From positions 68,078-132,077 of the forward strand of contig JANQGX010000058.1 in the NCBI GenBank assembly GCA_028282885.1: a stretch of DNA of 64,000 nucleotides, read 5' to 3'. Below the pieces are notes generated by a model. It had not been told where the DNA came from and did no database searches. It saw only the letters and a list, made by a program, of their open reading frames with translations. Shown piece by piece: positions 15,914-25,847 of the stretch; positions within the stretch are counted from its first letter, which is position 1, and each line of letters opens with the position of its first letter. The position numbers and the translations under genes were made by a program. The stretch comes from SAR324 cluster bacterium. GTDB lineage: Bacteria; SAR324; XYD2-FULL-50-16.

Positions 15914-18535
15914 CTACGACGAAACAGCAAACTCGCGATAGGTGTTCCAGCCTTCTTCTTCTGAAGATTTAACAGCGATCAGCATTGAATTGGGTCTGAT
16001 TTTATAATCCATATCCGGTGCGACTATCACCCGATTGGGGACAAGATCCTTGACCTTGATTAGCTCTTCAACCTGACCTTTGATATTGGACTGTATTTGG
16101 GCCTGATGTATTCTTTCAGACTTTCTGGCATGTACATTTCCAGTCTCTTCCAACAGACCGACTACCATCTCTTCCGGTTTGTAGTAACCACGTAGCAGTT
16201 GTTTGAAACTGCCGTTTATGTAATCATTTGATATTTCTGAAATTCGAAGCGAGGTCTCATCGAAATTGATCAGTTTTTTAATAACCTGGGCAACACCAAG
16301 TCCATGTGAACCGTTTGATAACATTATACGAGTGAACTCGTCTTCAAGATAAATCTCTTCGACGTTTGCCTGTTCAAGTGACTCTTTGTATCTTTTGTCA
16401 AGAATTTCAGCAATCTTATAAGCTTTGCGATTAAGAGTTCCCACCATCATAGATGCCAGAACGGTCTGTGAATCTATCTCTTCGAAGGTTCTGCCCGATT
16501 CTGTCTCGGCCAGAATAATGACTTTGGTGGCTTGATAGATACCCGCCTTTTTTAATATATCACGATCGACAATATTTCCCGAGTGAAAGTCAATATCAAC
16601 ATTCTTGCCGAAACGATTCATAAAGTCGTCAATCCGTTGCTGGGGAAGGTCGGCGACAATTGAAATCTTGTTCCAATTGGTGTTGTGATTGGAATACTCC
16701 TTGATAATAAAATCTACCATTTCAGGAAGTTGGGGCTTCCAGCCACATATCATCAGCACCTGTTTCTTTTTTTCTGATCTTGGCTTGACAACGGTTTTAG
16801 CCCTGTCCAGGTCGCTGCGCAGTTTGGCCAGGCTTTTACAAGTTCTCTGGGAAGCATCGATATCTTCCTTCACACCTGAGCCTTCTCGGACGCCAGGGAT
16901 TTTGTTGAGTTCAGTGACAATCACATCGTCAATACCCAGGATTTTAAAGCTGAACTTCTTCCCTTCATATCCGACACCATTGATTCTTTTTCTATATGAA
17001 TAGAGATCCATTCCCTCTTTTCGAAGAAGGTCGAATAACGTATCCCAGTCTGGCGCTTTATCAAAGAACGTATTGACCTTTTCCTTAACCAGAGATTTGA
17101 GACTCTGTTTTTTTTCGAATAATTTCATCAGCTTGGCTAGCTGATTTGGTGGATACCCAAGTGTTTCAAAGGGATATTTTCTATTCCCGTAGATTGCCCC
17201 TTGAATCGTATTGGCATACGGATAGATTTCAACACCAACTGTTTCAAGTTTCTCGCAAACAGCTTTCCAACTATCTGTCGTCTCAACCACCGCATCCAGA
17301 TAATGTCTAAGCATCTGTTCCGGTGTTTTGGCTGAAATATCCTCCATCACGACTGTTTCCGAAAGGCTTTCACTGTCATTCAACTCTCCACCCGGCACAT
17401 TGAGAACGATCATGGAGCTACTTTCCTTGATAATATAATTAGGAGGCGGGTGAAAGACAGGGACATTGCTTCTGGTGTTCTTAAGGTCCATTAGTTCCTG
17501 AATCGCCTTTTTAATCGATACCGATTTCTGTGCCAGGTTCATTTTCTCTTGCTTTCGTTTTCTTAGATTACCAGTGTTTTCAAGCAAGCCGATGACAAGC
17601 GGTCTATCGGAACTGGATTTTAGCTCCTTGTATGTCCTCCCATTGTAATAACTATCAATGCTTTCGATACGAAGAAGCCCTTTATCCATTGAAAAAAAAG
17701 CGGAGAATACATTATTCAAGCCGGACATCAAGGCAATATTGCATAAAAGGGCCCGGGCGCTGTGTCTGTTAAGGATGATCTCTTCTACATCAACATGTTG
17801 AAGATACATGCTGAACTTGGGCTGAACAATCTCTGCAATGGTATGAATCTGAGAATTGACTCTTTTTACAGCTATGGCGGCCAGGATGGACCTGAAATCC
17901 ACTTCCTCCGCGGTTTTTCCGGATAGTTCGTCGGTAATAATGAGTACTTTGCCGGCGCTGTGGGCACAAGCGTTGAGGAGAACCTCCCGGTTGGTGTAGT
18001 CACCATGAAAATAGCATACTCCTTTTAAGAGAGGATCCTGTCTGAGATCATTGACCATTTCCGCCTTGGCGCTGTTTACCAATACCAATTGATTGGATAC
18101 CAGACGATGCAGCACCAGAATATCTTTCAACAACTCTTTCATCCCTTGCCGCCAGCCAAGCACCAGGAAATGATCTTCTTTTTTTCTGATGGGTACCAGG
18201 CCAAACACCCTCCTTCTGTTTCTTTCAACCAACCAACTGGTGATATTACCGGTTAACACGCCGGTGTAGACAATACCGATAAACATGATAATCACGGCAG
18301 CGGATTTACCGAAACTAGAGACTGGTGATAGATCTCCATAGCCAACTGTGGTAATGGTAACAATGGAAAACCAGAATGAGTTGAAGAGGTCTTTTATACC
18401 CGACCCGTCTTCAGTTGATTCCAAAAACAGCATCAAGACGGCGGCGATAATAAGGAAGCTGAAGAACCCAATTATTGTCTGGGCCGCCCCACTATTTCTC
18501 AGCCATGAAGACCATTTTTTAAGTTTTCTGATCAT
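15914..18535 (-). CDS. 2-TM potassium channel with two tandem RCK (TrkA_N-like) domains
   Basis: Pore FWFSIVTITTVGYGD flanked by two TM helices. RCK1 starts at HFLVLGW and RCK2 at VLMICGW, each followed by a GLLE.TGN subdomain. Confidence 0.92.
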   Translation of the reverse strand: MIRKLKKWSSWLRNSGAAQTIIGFFSFLIIAAVLMLFLESTEDGSGIKDLFNSFWFSIVTITTVGYGDLSPVSSFGKSAAVIIMFIGIVYTGVLTGNITSWLVERNRRRVFGLVPIRKKEDHFLVLGWRQGMKELLKDILVLHRLVSNQLVLVNSAKAEMVNDLRQDPLLKGVCYFHGDYTNREVLLNACAHSAGKVLIITDELSGKTAEEVDFRSILAAIAVKRVNSQIHTIAEIVQPKFSMYLQHVDVEEIILNRHSARALLCNIALMSGLNNVFSAFFSMDKGLLRIESIDSYYNGRTYKELKSSSDRPLVIGLLENTGNLRKRKQEKMNLAQKSVSIKKAIQELMDLKNTRSNVPVFHPPPNYIIKESSSMIVLNVPGGELNDSESLSETVVMEDISAKTPEQMLRHYLDAVVETTDSWKAVCEKLETVGVEIYPYANTIQGAIYGNRKYPFETLGYPPNQLAKLMKLFEKKQSLKSLVKEKVNTFFDKAPDWDTLFDLLRKEGMDLYSYRKRINGVGYEGKKFSFKILGIDDVIVTELNKIPGVREGSGVKEDIDASQRTCKSLAKLRSDLDRAKTVVKPRSEKKKQVLMICGWKPQLPEMVDFIIKEYSNHNTNWNKISIVADLPQQRIDDFMNRFGKNVDIDFHSGNIVDRDILKKAGIYQATKVIILAETESGRTFEEIDSQTVLASMMVGTLNRKAYKIAEILDKRYKESLEQANVEEIYLEDEFTRIMLSNGSHGLGVAQVIKKLINFDETSLRISEISNDYINGSFKQLLRGYYKPEEMVVGLLEETGNVHARKSERIHQAQIQSNIKGQVEELIKVKDLVPNRVIVAPDMDYKIRPNSMLIAVKSSEEEGWNTYREFAVSS

Positions 18536-18644
18536 GTCTGATTTGTTTTGTTAACTGATATCTGGAAGTCTCATGCTACTATACAGTTTTTGTTCAAGTG
18601 TTTTCAACCAGTCATAGTTATTTTATGCTTCGAGAATGAATAGC

Positions 18645-19313
18645 TCAGAATCCAAACCCTAATGATATGAGAAGCATAATATTATCATGCTCGTATCTGT
18701 CGTCTAAACTCTCGGAGGTATCCGTTTTTCCTTTTACATACAACAATCTGGTATCAATCACCAGGAAACGTTCCCCCCCATATATACCAAAAACAACCGC
18801 ACTGACAGATGATTTCACCAACTCCTGAACGGTGGTTTTTTCAAGGCTGCTTTCACGTGCGGTGTACTGGTTCAAGGTCAGCTCCAAATCCAGGTTATTG
18901 TAACCGAATCCAACATAGGCAGTGAGAAAATCAAATATCTTCGAAGAAGAAGGAGCAAATGATTTGTAATCTATTGTTTTTATGACCATGGGCAGCATCA
19001 AATCACCCTGAAATGTGTAACTATTTACCGATTCATTTGAACCTTCCACTGCATCGAGAAAGGTCAAATCTTCAATCAGCGTGTATCTAACACCCCAAAT
19101 TCCCTTGTACAATAAGGTTAAGTCGTATCCCGGCCCTTTCTGCTCAAGCAGGTCATAATTTAACATGACAGAAGTATGTAAGGGACTTTGAGCGAATGCA
19201 GTCTTGGCTAACAAAATTAAAGCCAGGCATAGCATTGAGAAGTAAAAAGTTTGATATGTATTCTTTACAAACGGCTTACCAATCGATTTTGTCTTCATGT
19301 TGTTATCAGTCAT
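18645..19313 (-). CDS. Hypothetical exported protein, probable outer-membrane beta-barrel
   Basis: Signal peptide ending AFA, amphipathic strands (YVGFGY) and C-terminal LLISLGFGF beta-signal. Start uncertain. Confidence 0.65.
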   Translation of the reverse strand: MTDNNMKTKSIGKPFVKNTYQTFYFSMLCLALILLAKTAFAQSPLHTSVMLNYDLLEQKGPGYDLTLLYKGIWGVRYTLIEDLTFLDAVEGSNESVNSYTFQGDLMLPMVIKTIDYKSFAPSSSKIFDFLTAYVGFGYNNLDLELTLNQYTARESSLEKTTVQELVKSSVSAVVFGIYGGERFLVIDTRLLYVKGKTDTSESLDDRYEHDNIMLLISLGFGF

Positions 19314-19392
19314 AAAAGTAACTTGCCTGAAAACAGTTTCAAATTGTCCTGAATTATCTTTTTGGGGATGATACACGGAGTGTCGTTGAAGA

Positions 19393-20523
19393 CTATCCTT
19401 GTGGCACAATTTCAAATTGAGCACCTGGTTTAGATATGATGATTCCTTTTATCTCCAGATTGACAAGAGCTGAAAGCAATTCCGGCACCGGTAGATCAGC
19501 TTTTCTGATAAGCTGATCTTTTTGACAACAACCCTGTCCAAGCAACTCAAGTACCTTTTCTTCGGTTTTGCTCAAATAAATTTCTGTTTTTTGATTTTCA
19601 ACATCCTCGCCACGAAAGCTCAATTGTTCGTTGTCCAGATTAAATTCTTCAAGAACATCATCGATATCCATCACAAGTTTTGCCTGACCTTTTTGAATAA
19701 GCCGATTGGTACCCTTGTGGAATTGCGAATCCGCCGGGCCCGGGAGAGCAAATAGTTCGCGGTTTTGTTCCAGGGCGTAGCCTGCCGTGATGGAGGCGCC
19801 GCTTCTGATACCAGCTTCAACTATCACTACACCCTTGGACAGACCACTGATGATTCGATTTCTCAAAGGAAAGTTTTTGGCAATCGGTTTTGACGTCATT
19901 GGAAACTCTGTTACCAGAGCACCATTTTGAATCACTTTTGAGGCTAGCTTTTTGTTTCTCAGCGGATATATTTCCGAAAGTCCATTTGCCAAAACACCGA
20001 TGGTTTGCAGATTGTTTTCAAGCGCGGCTTCATGAGCCGATGTGTCAATACCTAATGCCAAACCACTGATAACAATCGTATTTGGCAGCTTTCGAGCCAA
20101 ATCTTTGATTAAACGCTTACAGATGCTCTTTCCCGAATAAGACGCTTTTCTGGAACCAACAAAGGCCAAGCAGAATTTTCTTTCTAATTGCAGTTCTCCT
20201 TGCACATATAGAACCGGTGGAGGATTGTAGATTTCCCTGAGTAAATCCGGATATTCAGTTTGGGTAAAGTCCAGAACCTTCACTCCGTTTCTCTCAATTT
20301 GATCTAATTCCAGTTTGAAATCGGATGACTCAAGAGCGCCGGGAATCTGTTCGGCAAGCTTATGTTCACCTCCCAGGATCTCGGTTAAGCTCTTCAACGA
20401 AGAATTGAATATGTCGTTGACATTAGAAAACGAGTCTACCAACCTTTGAATTCTTACCGGCCCCAATCCGGGGATCAGCCATAAAGCTAAAATTGCCAAG
20501 GTTGTGTCAGTCGATTTCATCAT
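19393..20523 (-). CDS. dprA: DNA-processing protein DprA
   Basis: YP.LL.EI..PPPVLY, VGSR, SGLALGID..AH, FPLRNRIISGLS, EAG..SG..ITA and a C-terminal wHTH. Confidence 0.96.
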   Translation of the reverse strand: MMKSTDTTLAILALWLIPGLGPVRIQRLVDSFSNVNDIFNSSLKSLTEILGGEHKLAEQIPGALESSDFKLELDQIERNGVKVLDFTQTEYPDLLREIYNPPPVLYVQGELQLERKFCLAFVGSRKASYSGKSICKRLIKDLARKLPNTIVISGLALGIDTSAHEAALENNLQTIGVLANGLSEIYPLRNKKLASKVIQNGALVTEFPMTSKPIAKNFPLRNRIISGLSKGVVIVEAGIRSGASITAGYALEQNRELFALPGPADSQFHKGTNRLIQKGQAKLVMDIDDVLEEFNLDNEQLSFRGEDVENQKTEIYLSKTEEKVLELLGQGCCQKDQLIRKADLPVPELLSALVNLEIKGIIISKPGAQFEIVPQG

Positions 20524-21599
20524 CAAAAAACACTCATGGATTGGATTTCCCTTTTTGCTTTGGCAGCAGAACGGGAGGTGGGAAAACGATTGATAACCTC
20601 CTGATAATAATACCGACCCTTAATCGGCTTGTCGCGCAGGGAGTATATTCTGCCTAGCATTAAAATGGCATCAGGGGTTTTATAACCGTGTTTGGTTTCT
20701 TTGTGCTCATAGTTCTTTAGAATCTTTCTAAACGCGCTTTCTGCCTTAATGTAGTCCTGTAACTGAAAATAGGTTTGTCCGATCCAATACTGGGAATTGT
20801 CGGCGTCTGAGTCGCTTGGAAATCGGCCTATGAATTCACTGAACAGCTTGATCGCGTTCTCAAAATCCCTGGCAGAGTATGCTTTGAACGCTTTTTGATA
20901 AGCCTTCTTCGCACCGGGAATCACCTTTAGCAGAATTGGCGATGTCGGAGGTTTCAAATCAGGATCCTGCCACTGATCTTTGCTTCCGGAAACCAGGAAA
21001 ACGGAATCAGGGGTCTCCACAGCCTTGGAATCTTCAACGGTTGCGGGAGACTTGGCTGACTTTCCTGGCAAGTCCGGTGAAACTGCTTCTGCTCCTGTAA
21101 TAATGGGAACCGTTTTGATAGCTTTGGAACCGGCAGGCGTTTGGAATTCTCCTTCAACACCGGTGACAGGTAACTTCTCCTGGGAAAAGACAGAAGGTCC
21201 GGGATCTTCCGGTATTTCACCCATGCCAGGGATAGTTTCACCGGTTTTACTTAATTGACTGATCTTTGCAGCATTCGCTTTCAGTCTGCTGTTCATCTGC
21301 TTAATATTTATCTCCAACAGTTTAATGGTGTTCAGCAGATGACTAATTTCCGTTTTAAAAGCTTCGTTGTCAGCAGCTCTTTGCTCTTCGGCTTTTAACA
21401 ACATGTTCCGAAGCTCCAGATTCTGCCTAAAAAGCTGTTTGTACTTGATTGCCATATCCTTGTATAAAGCTTCACTAGCTTGATTCCGGACCGGATCAAC
21501 CTCTGGTTCCGCCTGATTTGATGAACAGCCAGTCAACATGAAGATTGAAAGCCCAACCAGAATTCCGATTGTACTGATTTTATTAAAATGCTTTGTCAA
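20523..21599 (-). CDS. cpoB: CpoB/YbgF-like TPR lipoprotein
   Basis: Lipobox LTGC, coiled coil, linker and C-terminal TPRs (ADNSQYWIG, PDAILMLG, RFPTS.SA..AK). Confidence 0.75.
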   Translation of the reverse strand: MTKHFNKISTIGILVGLSIFMLTGCSSNQAEPEVDPVRNQASEALYKDMAIKYKQLFRQNLELRNMLLKAEEQRAADNEAFKTEISHLLNTIKLLEINIKQMNSRLKANAAKISQLSKTGETIPGMGEIPEDPGPSVFSQEKLPVTGVEGEFQTPAGSKAIKTVPIITGAEAVSPDLPGKSAKSPATVEDSKAVETPDSVFLVSGSKDQWQDPDLKPPTSPILLKVIPGAKKAYQKAFKAYSARDFENAIKLFSEFIGRFPSDSDADNSQYWIGQTYFQLQDYIKAESAFRKILKNYEHKETKHGYKTPDAILMLGRIYSLRDKPIKGRYYYQEVINRFPTSRSAAKAKREIQSMSVF

Positions 21600-21648
21600 A
21601 ATGATTTTACCTCTTATGAATCGGGATACCTCTCCTGGATGCCGACTT

Positions 21649-22410
21649 CTATGATGGATTTTGCGGATCTGCTTCGGCTTTCAGCTTTGAGTCATACACC
21701 CTTTGGAACTCGCCGGCAAGGTGTGGTTGCTGGTTTTTCTCATACGCAAGAATCAGTTTTTCCACAACCTTTTGCCAACCTTCAAAGTTCGGATAGTTCT
21801 CCATGATGTATCGATATCGATAAATCGCTTGCTCATAAAAGTAATGGTTAAAATACCAGTCACCGACAATGAACTCATGTTCTGCAAGGGCTTCCATGGA
21901 TTCCTTCAAATACAGCTCTGCATCGTCCAGATAAAGACTGTTCGGATACAGGAAAAAGAATCGTTGGTACTCAACTATGATCTTTTTGAAGTGTTCCGGA
22001 TCCCGGGAATAGGTGTACTCCTTTCCGAAGAAAAAGCTCGTATTCCTTTTGTAGTTCAACTCTATCAGCCTGCTGATAACATACGGAACCAGATGGCTGT
22101 ATGAGTTATAATTTAAAAAGATCCGATAATTGGTTTCCGCTTCGTCCCACTTACCATCATCAGACAGAATATGGGCATCGGCAAGTTTCAAATATGAATA
22201 TACCGCATATCGGGTACCCGGATTCTGATCGATGATGCTCTGAAATAAGGGGGTGGCAGCGCTGTAGTTTCCTTTGTCCATTTGCTGAATGGCCAAATCA
22301 TACTTGGCTTCCATTGTTAGGGATTCGGTTTCGGCGCTACAACCACCGAGGAGTACGAAAATGGAAAAAACTGTTAACAATAAAATAATACTTGATTTAA
22401 CCGGGTTCAT
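21649..22410 (-). CDS. bamD: Outer membrane protein assembly factor BamD
   Basis: Lipobox LGGC, TPRs, RDP, YPNS.Y..DA, LAEHEF.VGD.Y and A..RY..I..NYP. Confidence 0.88.
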   Translation of the reverse strand: MNPVKSSIILLLTVFSIFVLLGGCSAETESLTMEAKYDLAIQQMDKGNYSAATPLFQSIIDQNPGTRYAVYSYLKLADAHILSDDGKWDEAETNYRIFLNYNSYSHLVPYVISRLIELNYKRNTSFFFGKEYTYSRDPEHFKKIIVEYQRFFFLYPNSLYLDDAELYLKESMEALAEHEFIVGDWYFNHYFYEQAIYRYRYIMENYPNFEGWQKVVEKLILAYEKNQQPHLAGEFQRVYDSKLKAEADPQNPS

Positions 22411-22768
22411 AGTTCCTTATTCTTGAAAGAGACGATGTCGATATAATCAGAATTTAATTCTGCTTTTGTAATTCTTGTTTGGTTTATAAATTATACATCC
22501 GATCCGATGGATGTAAGTAATTAATTGCCATAGCTGATCTCCTTTGTGAAGTACGAATTACTCTGTCTTTCCATTTCCGCAAATAGTTGTTAAAGATAGT
22601 GAGACAAGTAAACGTTAAACCGTAATGTTAGCCATTATTGTAAATCCTGATTACCCAAAATCCCCGGAACCATATACGCTGGTCAATCAGCGCAAAGAGT
22701 CGCTGCTGGGACTTACCGTGGATATCATTTCTCCATCGGCAACCCATGATTAGTGCCAAGGATAAGCC

Positions 22769-24196
22769 ATGCATATATTCGACCTTATTCCACCTATTAT
22801 CTACAAATCAGTAATTCCCATTACTTTGATGTTATTACTGGAGCGTTATTTGCTCTTTCGTTTGTCTCGCAAACCTGGTTCTACGGAGTGGGTACAGTCT
22901 AAATTCTGGCTGCATCCGAATTTCATCAGCCGTTGCAGATTTCCCATGGGCGTTGTATCTGTTCTTATTTTCCATTTGGGATCGATACTCTATCCGGCTG
23001 ATCCCCAAAACTTCTTACATCACACAGGGATTCTTTTCTTTGCGTTCTGGATGATTACCGACATTACCGATGGAACCATAGCCAGATATTTTGATTTGCA
23101 TTCGGAAGAAGGAGAAAGTATCGATCCTCTTTCGGATAAATTGTTGATTTTTCCGCCATTATTCTATTTTGCGATTCTGGACATTGTTTCGATGGCCGCC
23201 GTGTTGGTTTTCCTCATTTTCGACGTCGTAGGCACCGTATCCAGGTACTACATCAAAAACAAAGCAGCAAATCTCTTCGGAAAATCGAAAACATTCCTGG
23301 CTGCATTGACATTGGTCGTCATCACAATGCAACAGATTTATTATCCGGAACAGAGTTGGATCATAGCAGATATTACCCTTCAGGCTGCAGTTTTTCTATC
23401 CTTTTGTAGCATGTTTTTCAAAGTCATTCCCAACTATTGGTATGCGAACATACTCAGTCTGATGAATCTGATCTGCGGAGTTTGCGGGATTTGCCTGGTT
23501 ATGGCCTTCAGTTTTTTCAATCCGGATCTTTCTTTTCTTGAAAACTACAGTTGGTTTCAGAGACTCCTACAGGCACGGTATCTGGAAATTGCCTTCTCCC
23601 TTGTTTTTCTTGGCCAATTCCTGGATATGTTTGATGGCAGGGCGGCAGACAAATGGGGTAGCACCCCGAAAGGTGAGATGTTCGATGATCTGGCAGACGG
23701 AACCAATTTTGGCGGTACTATCGCTTTCATTATCTGGACTGCGTTCGGTAAATCCCTGCTGGGATTTACTATTGCGCTATTGCATTTGGTTTGTACAATA
23801 TTTAGGTTATATCGATTCATACGCAACAAAAGGAAATCCGGCATAGACGGCGGTGTTGAAATCTTCACCGGGCTGCCATCACCTGCGGCGGCTTTGGTTA
23901 GTGGATCCATAGTGCTACTGGATATCGATCTTCGTATCAAAGTCGTTTTCATCGTTCTCATCTCAATCCTGATGGTCTCCAAGGTAAAATTCATTCACTT
24001 TGGCAGGGTGATTTTGCCGGCAATCCCCAAGCTGATTAAAGTGGCTATCCTGACCTTTATCATCATGGCCGTGCTCGTTGGTCTGATGCCAGGAAATTCC
24101 CAGATTCTGTTTTGGACTGTGTTTGTGTTTTCGTTTGCATATCTTGTTTTGGGATACAATTGGAAGATGTATCGGGAGTTGGTATCCAATAATTAA
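22769..24196 (+). CDS. Tandem CDP-alcohol phosphatidyltransferase (PgsA-like plus PssA-like fusion)
   Basis: Two copies of the DxxDGxxA...GxxxDxxxD motif, with FTGLPSPAAA in the second domain. Confidence 0.85.
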   Translation: MHIFDLIPPIIYKSVIPITLMLLLERYLLFRLSRKPGSTEWVQSKFWLHPNFISRCRFPMGVVSVLIFHLGSILYPADPQNFLHHTGILFFAFWMITDITDGTIARYFDLHSEEGESIDPLSDKLLIFPPLFYFAILDIVSMAAVLVFLIFDVVGTVSRYYIKNKAANLFGKSKTFLAALTLVVITMQQIYYPEQSWIIADITLQAAVFLSFCSMFFKVIPNYWYANILSLMNLICGVCGICLVMAFSFFNPDLSFLENYSWFQRLLQARYLEIAFSLVFLGQFLDMFDGRAADKWGSTPKGEMFDDLADGTNFGGTIAFIIWTAFGKSLLGFTIALLHLVCTIFRLYRFIRNKRKSGIDGGVEIFTGLPSPAAALVSGSIVLLDIDLRIKVVFIVLISILMVSKVKFIHFGRVILPAIPKLIKVAILTFIIMAVLVGLMPGNSQILFWTVFVFSFAYLVLGYNWKMYRELVSNN

Positions 24197-24211
24197 TTCA
24201 AGGAGTAAGAG

Positions 24212-24856
24212 ATGGATATTTATGTTGATTCTGCAAATCTGACCGAAATTCGCCAAGCAAAAGAGCTGGGCCTTGCTGACGGTGTTACCACAAATCCAAC
24301 ACTGATCGCAAAGGAGCGGGGAGAATTCACCGAGATCCTGAAAGACATCTGCAAAGAGATATCAGGCCCGGTTCATGCTGAGGTATTATCTCTCGATTCA
24401 GATGGTATCGTCAGAGAGGGCAGGGAACTGGCAAAAATCAGTGACAATATTGTCATTAAGATTCCCATGATCAAAGACGGCCTCAAGGCGGTTCGTGTTT
24501 TGAAATCGGAGGGAATCGATACCAACGTAACCCTTATCTTTTCTGCCGGCCAGGCGATATTGGCGGCAAAAGCCGGAGCAACCTATGTCTGTCCCTTTCT
24601 GGGACGACTTGATGATATCTCTCACGATGGTTTGGATTTGCTGGGTGTTATCAGGAGTATTCTGGTAAATAATCCCGATCTGGAAACCAGAATTATTGCT
24701 GCATCAATCAGAACGCCAAACCATGTTGTGGAGCTTTCAACCATGGGGGTTGATATTCTTACTGTCCCATCCAAGGTACTGTCCCAATTGGAGAAGCATC
24801 CCTTGACGGATATCGGAATTGAAGCTTTTGCCAAGGACGCGGAAAAGTTTAAATAA
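24212..24856 (+). CDS. tal: Transaldolase (small TAL/FSA family)
   Basis: GVTTNPTL, AEV, IKIP, NVTLIFS, PFLGR and AASIR. Glu in AEV plus Phe in PF favour transaldolase over FSA. Confidence 0.9.
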   Translation: MDIYVDSANLTEIRQAKELGLADGVTTNPTLIAKERGEFTEILKDICKEISGPVHAEVLSLDSDGIVREGRELAKISDNIVIKIPMIKDGLKAVRVLKSEGIDTNVTLIFSAGQAILAAKAGATYVCPFLGRLDDISHDGLDLLGVIRSILVNNPDLETRIIAASIRTPNHVVELSTMGVDILTVPSKVLSQLEKHPLTDIGIEAFAKDAEKFK

Positions 24857-24865
24857 TGGAAATGA

Positions 24866-25831
24866 ATGGATTCTCTCAAGATTATTAAGGACGTCATCTC
24901 TCTGGAGATGAAGACCCTGCAGGATCTCCATCAATCAATCGATCAATCTTTCGAAGACGCAATCAAGCTGATACAGTCTTCGAAAGGCAAAATAATCATC
25001 AGCGGTGTCGGGAAATCCGGTATTATTGCCAGGAAAATTGCGGCAACGTTTTCTTCAACCGGAACCACGGCAGTCTTTCTTCACCCATCCGAGGCACTGC
25101 ATGGTGATCTGGGAATGGTTGAAGACGGAGATACCATCATCCTGCTTGGCAAGTCCGGCGAAAGCGATGAGATGGTCGGTATGTTGCCAATTCTTAAAAA
25201 ATTGCATTGCAGGGTTATCTCGATTACCGCAAACAGGGAGTCTACGTTGGCAAAACACTCGGACGTGGTTTTGTTCACCCCCATAGAAAAAGAAGCCTGT
25301 GCTCTTAACCTCGCCCCTACCACATCAACCACCGCAGCATTGGCTGTGGGAGATGCGTTGGCGGTGTGTCTTATGAAAAAGAACCATTTCTCAAAAACGG
25401 ATTATGCCCTTTATCATCCGGGTGGCAGGCTTGGTAAAAGGCTTCTTTACCTGGTTGATGATATCATGAAGTCGGGAGATGAAAACCCGGTTGTGCTGCT
25501 TGAGGACTCGTTTGACACGGTTGTGTCCGCCATCTCCAAAGGTGGCGTAAATGCTGTTGCGGTAGTCGATGAAGTAGGGTTTTTCCGGGGATTGATAACG
25601 GGATATGATCTAAGAAAGGCTCTGCAAACCGCTGATGACATCAGGGCGTTAAAAGCCAAAGAGATTATGTTCGAAAAGCCGGTTACCATAAAGGCTGGCG
25701 TATACGCGATGGAAGCATTTGATAAAATAAAAAACAATCCTAAACCTCTGCTATTGTTACCTGTTCTTGATGAAGATAACCGCTCCGTCGGTATTATCAC
25801 GATGCAGGCTATGATCCGGGCCGGCCTCTAA
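24866..25831 (+). CDS. kdsD: Arabinose-5-phosphate isomerase (KdsD/KpsF/GutQ), SIS plus CBS domains
   Basis: GVGKSG, HPSEALHGDLG, EAC.LNLAPTTST, HPGG.LG and a CBS pair. Confidence 0.93.
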   Translation: MDSLKIIKDVISLEMKTLQDLHQSIDQSFEDAIKLIQSSKGKIIISGVGKSGIIARKIAATFSSTGTTAVFLHPSEALHGDLGMVEDGDTIILLGKSGESDEMVGMLPILKKLHCRVISITANRESTLAKHSDVVLFTPIEKEACALNLAPTTSTTAALAVGDALAVCLMKKNHFSKTDYALYHPGGRLGKRLLYLVDDIMKSGDENPVVLLEDSFDTVVSAISKGGVNAVAVVDEVGFFRGLITGYDLRKALQTADDIRALKAKEIMFEKPVTIKAGVYAMEAFDKIKNNPKPLLLLPVLDEDNRSVGIITMQAMIRAGL

Positions 25832-25847
25832 TCCCCTGAATTAGCAA

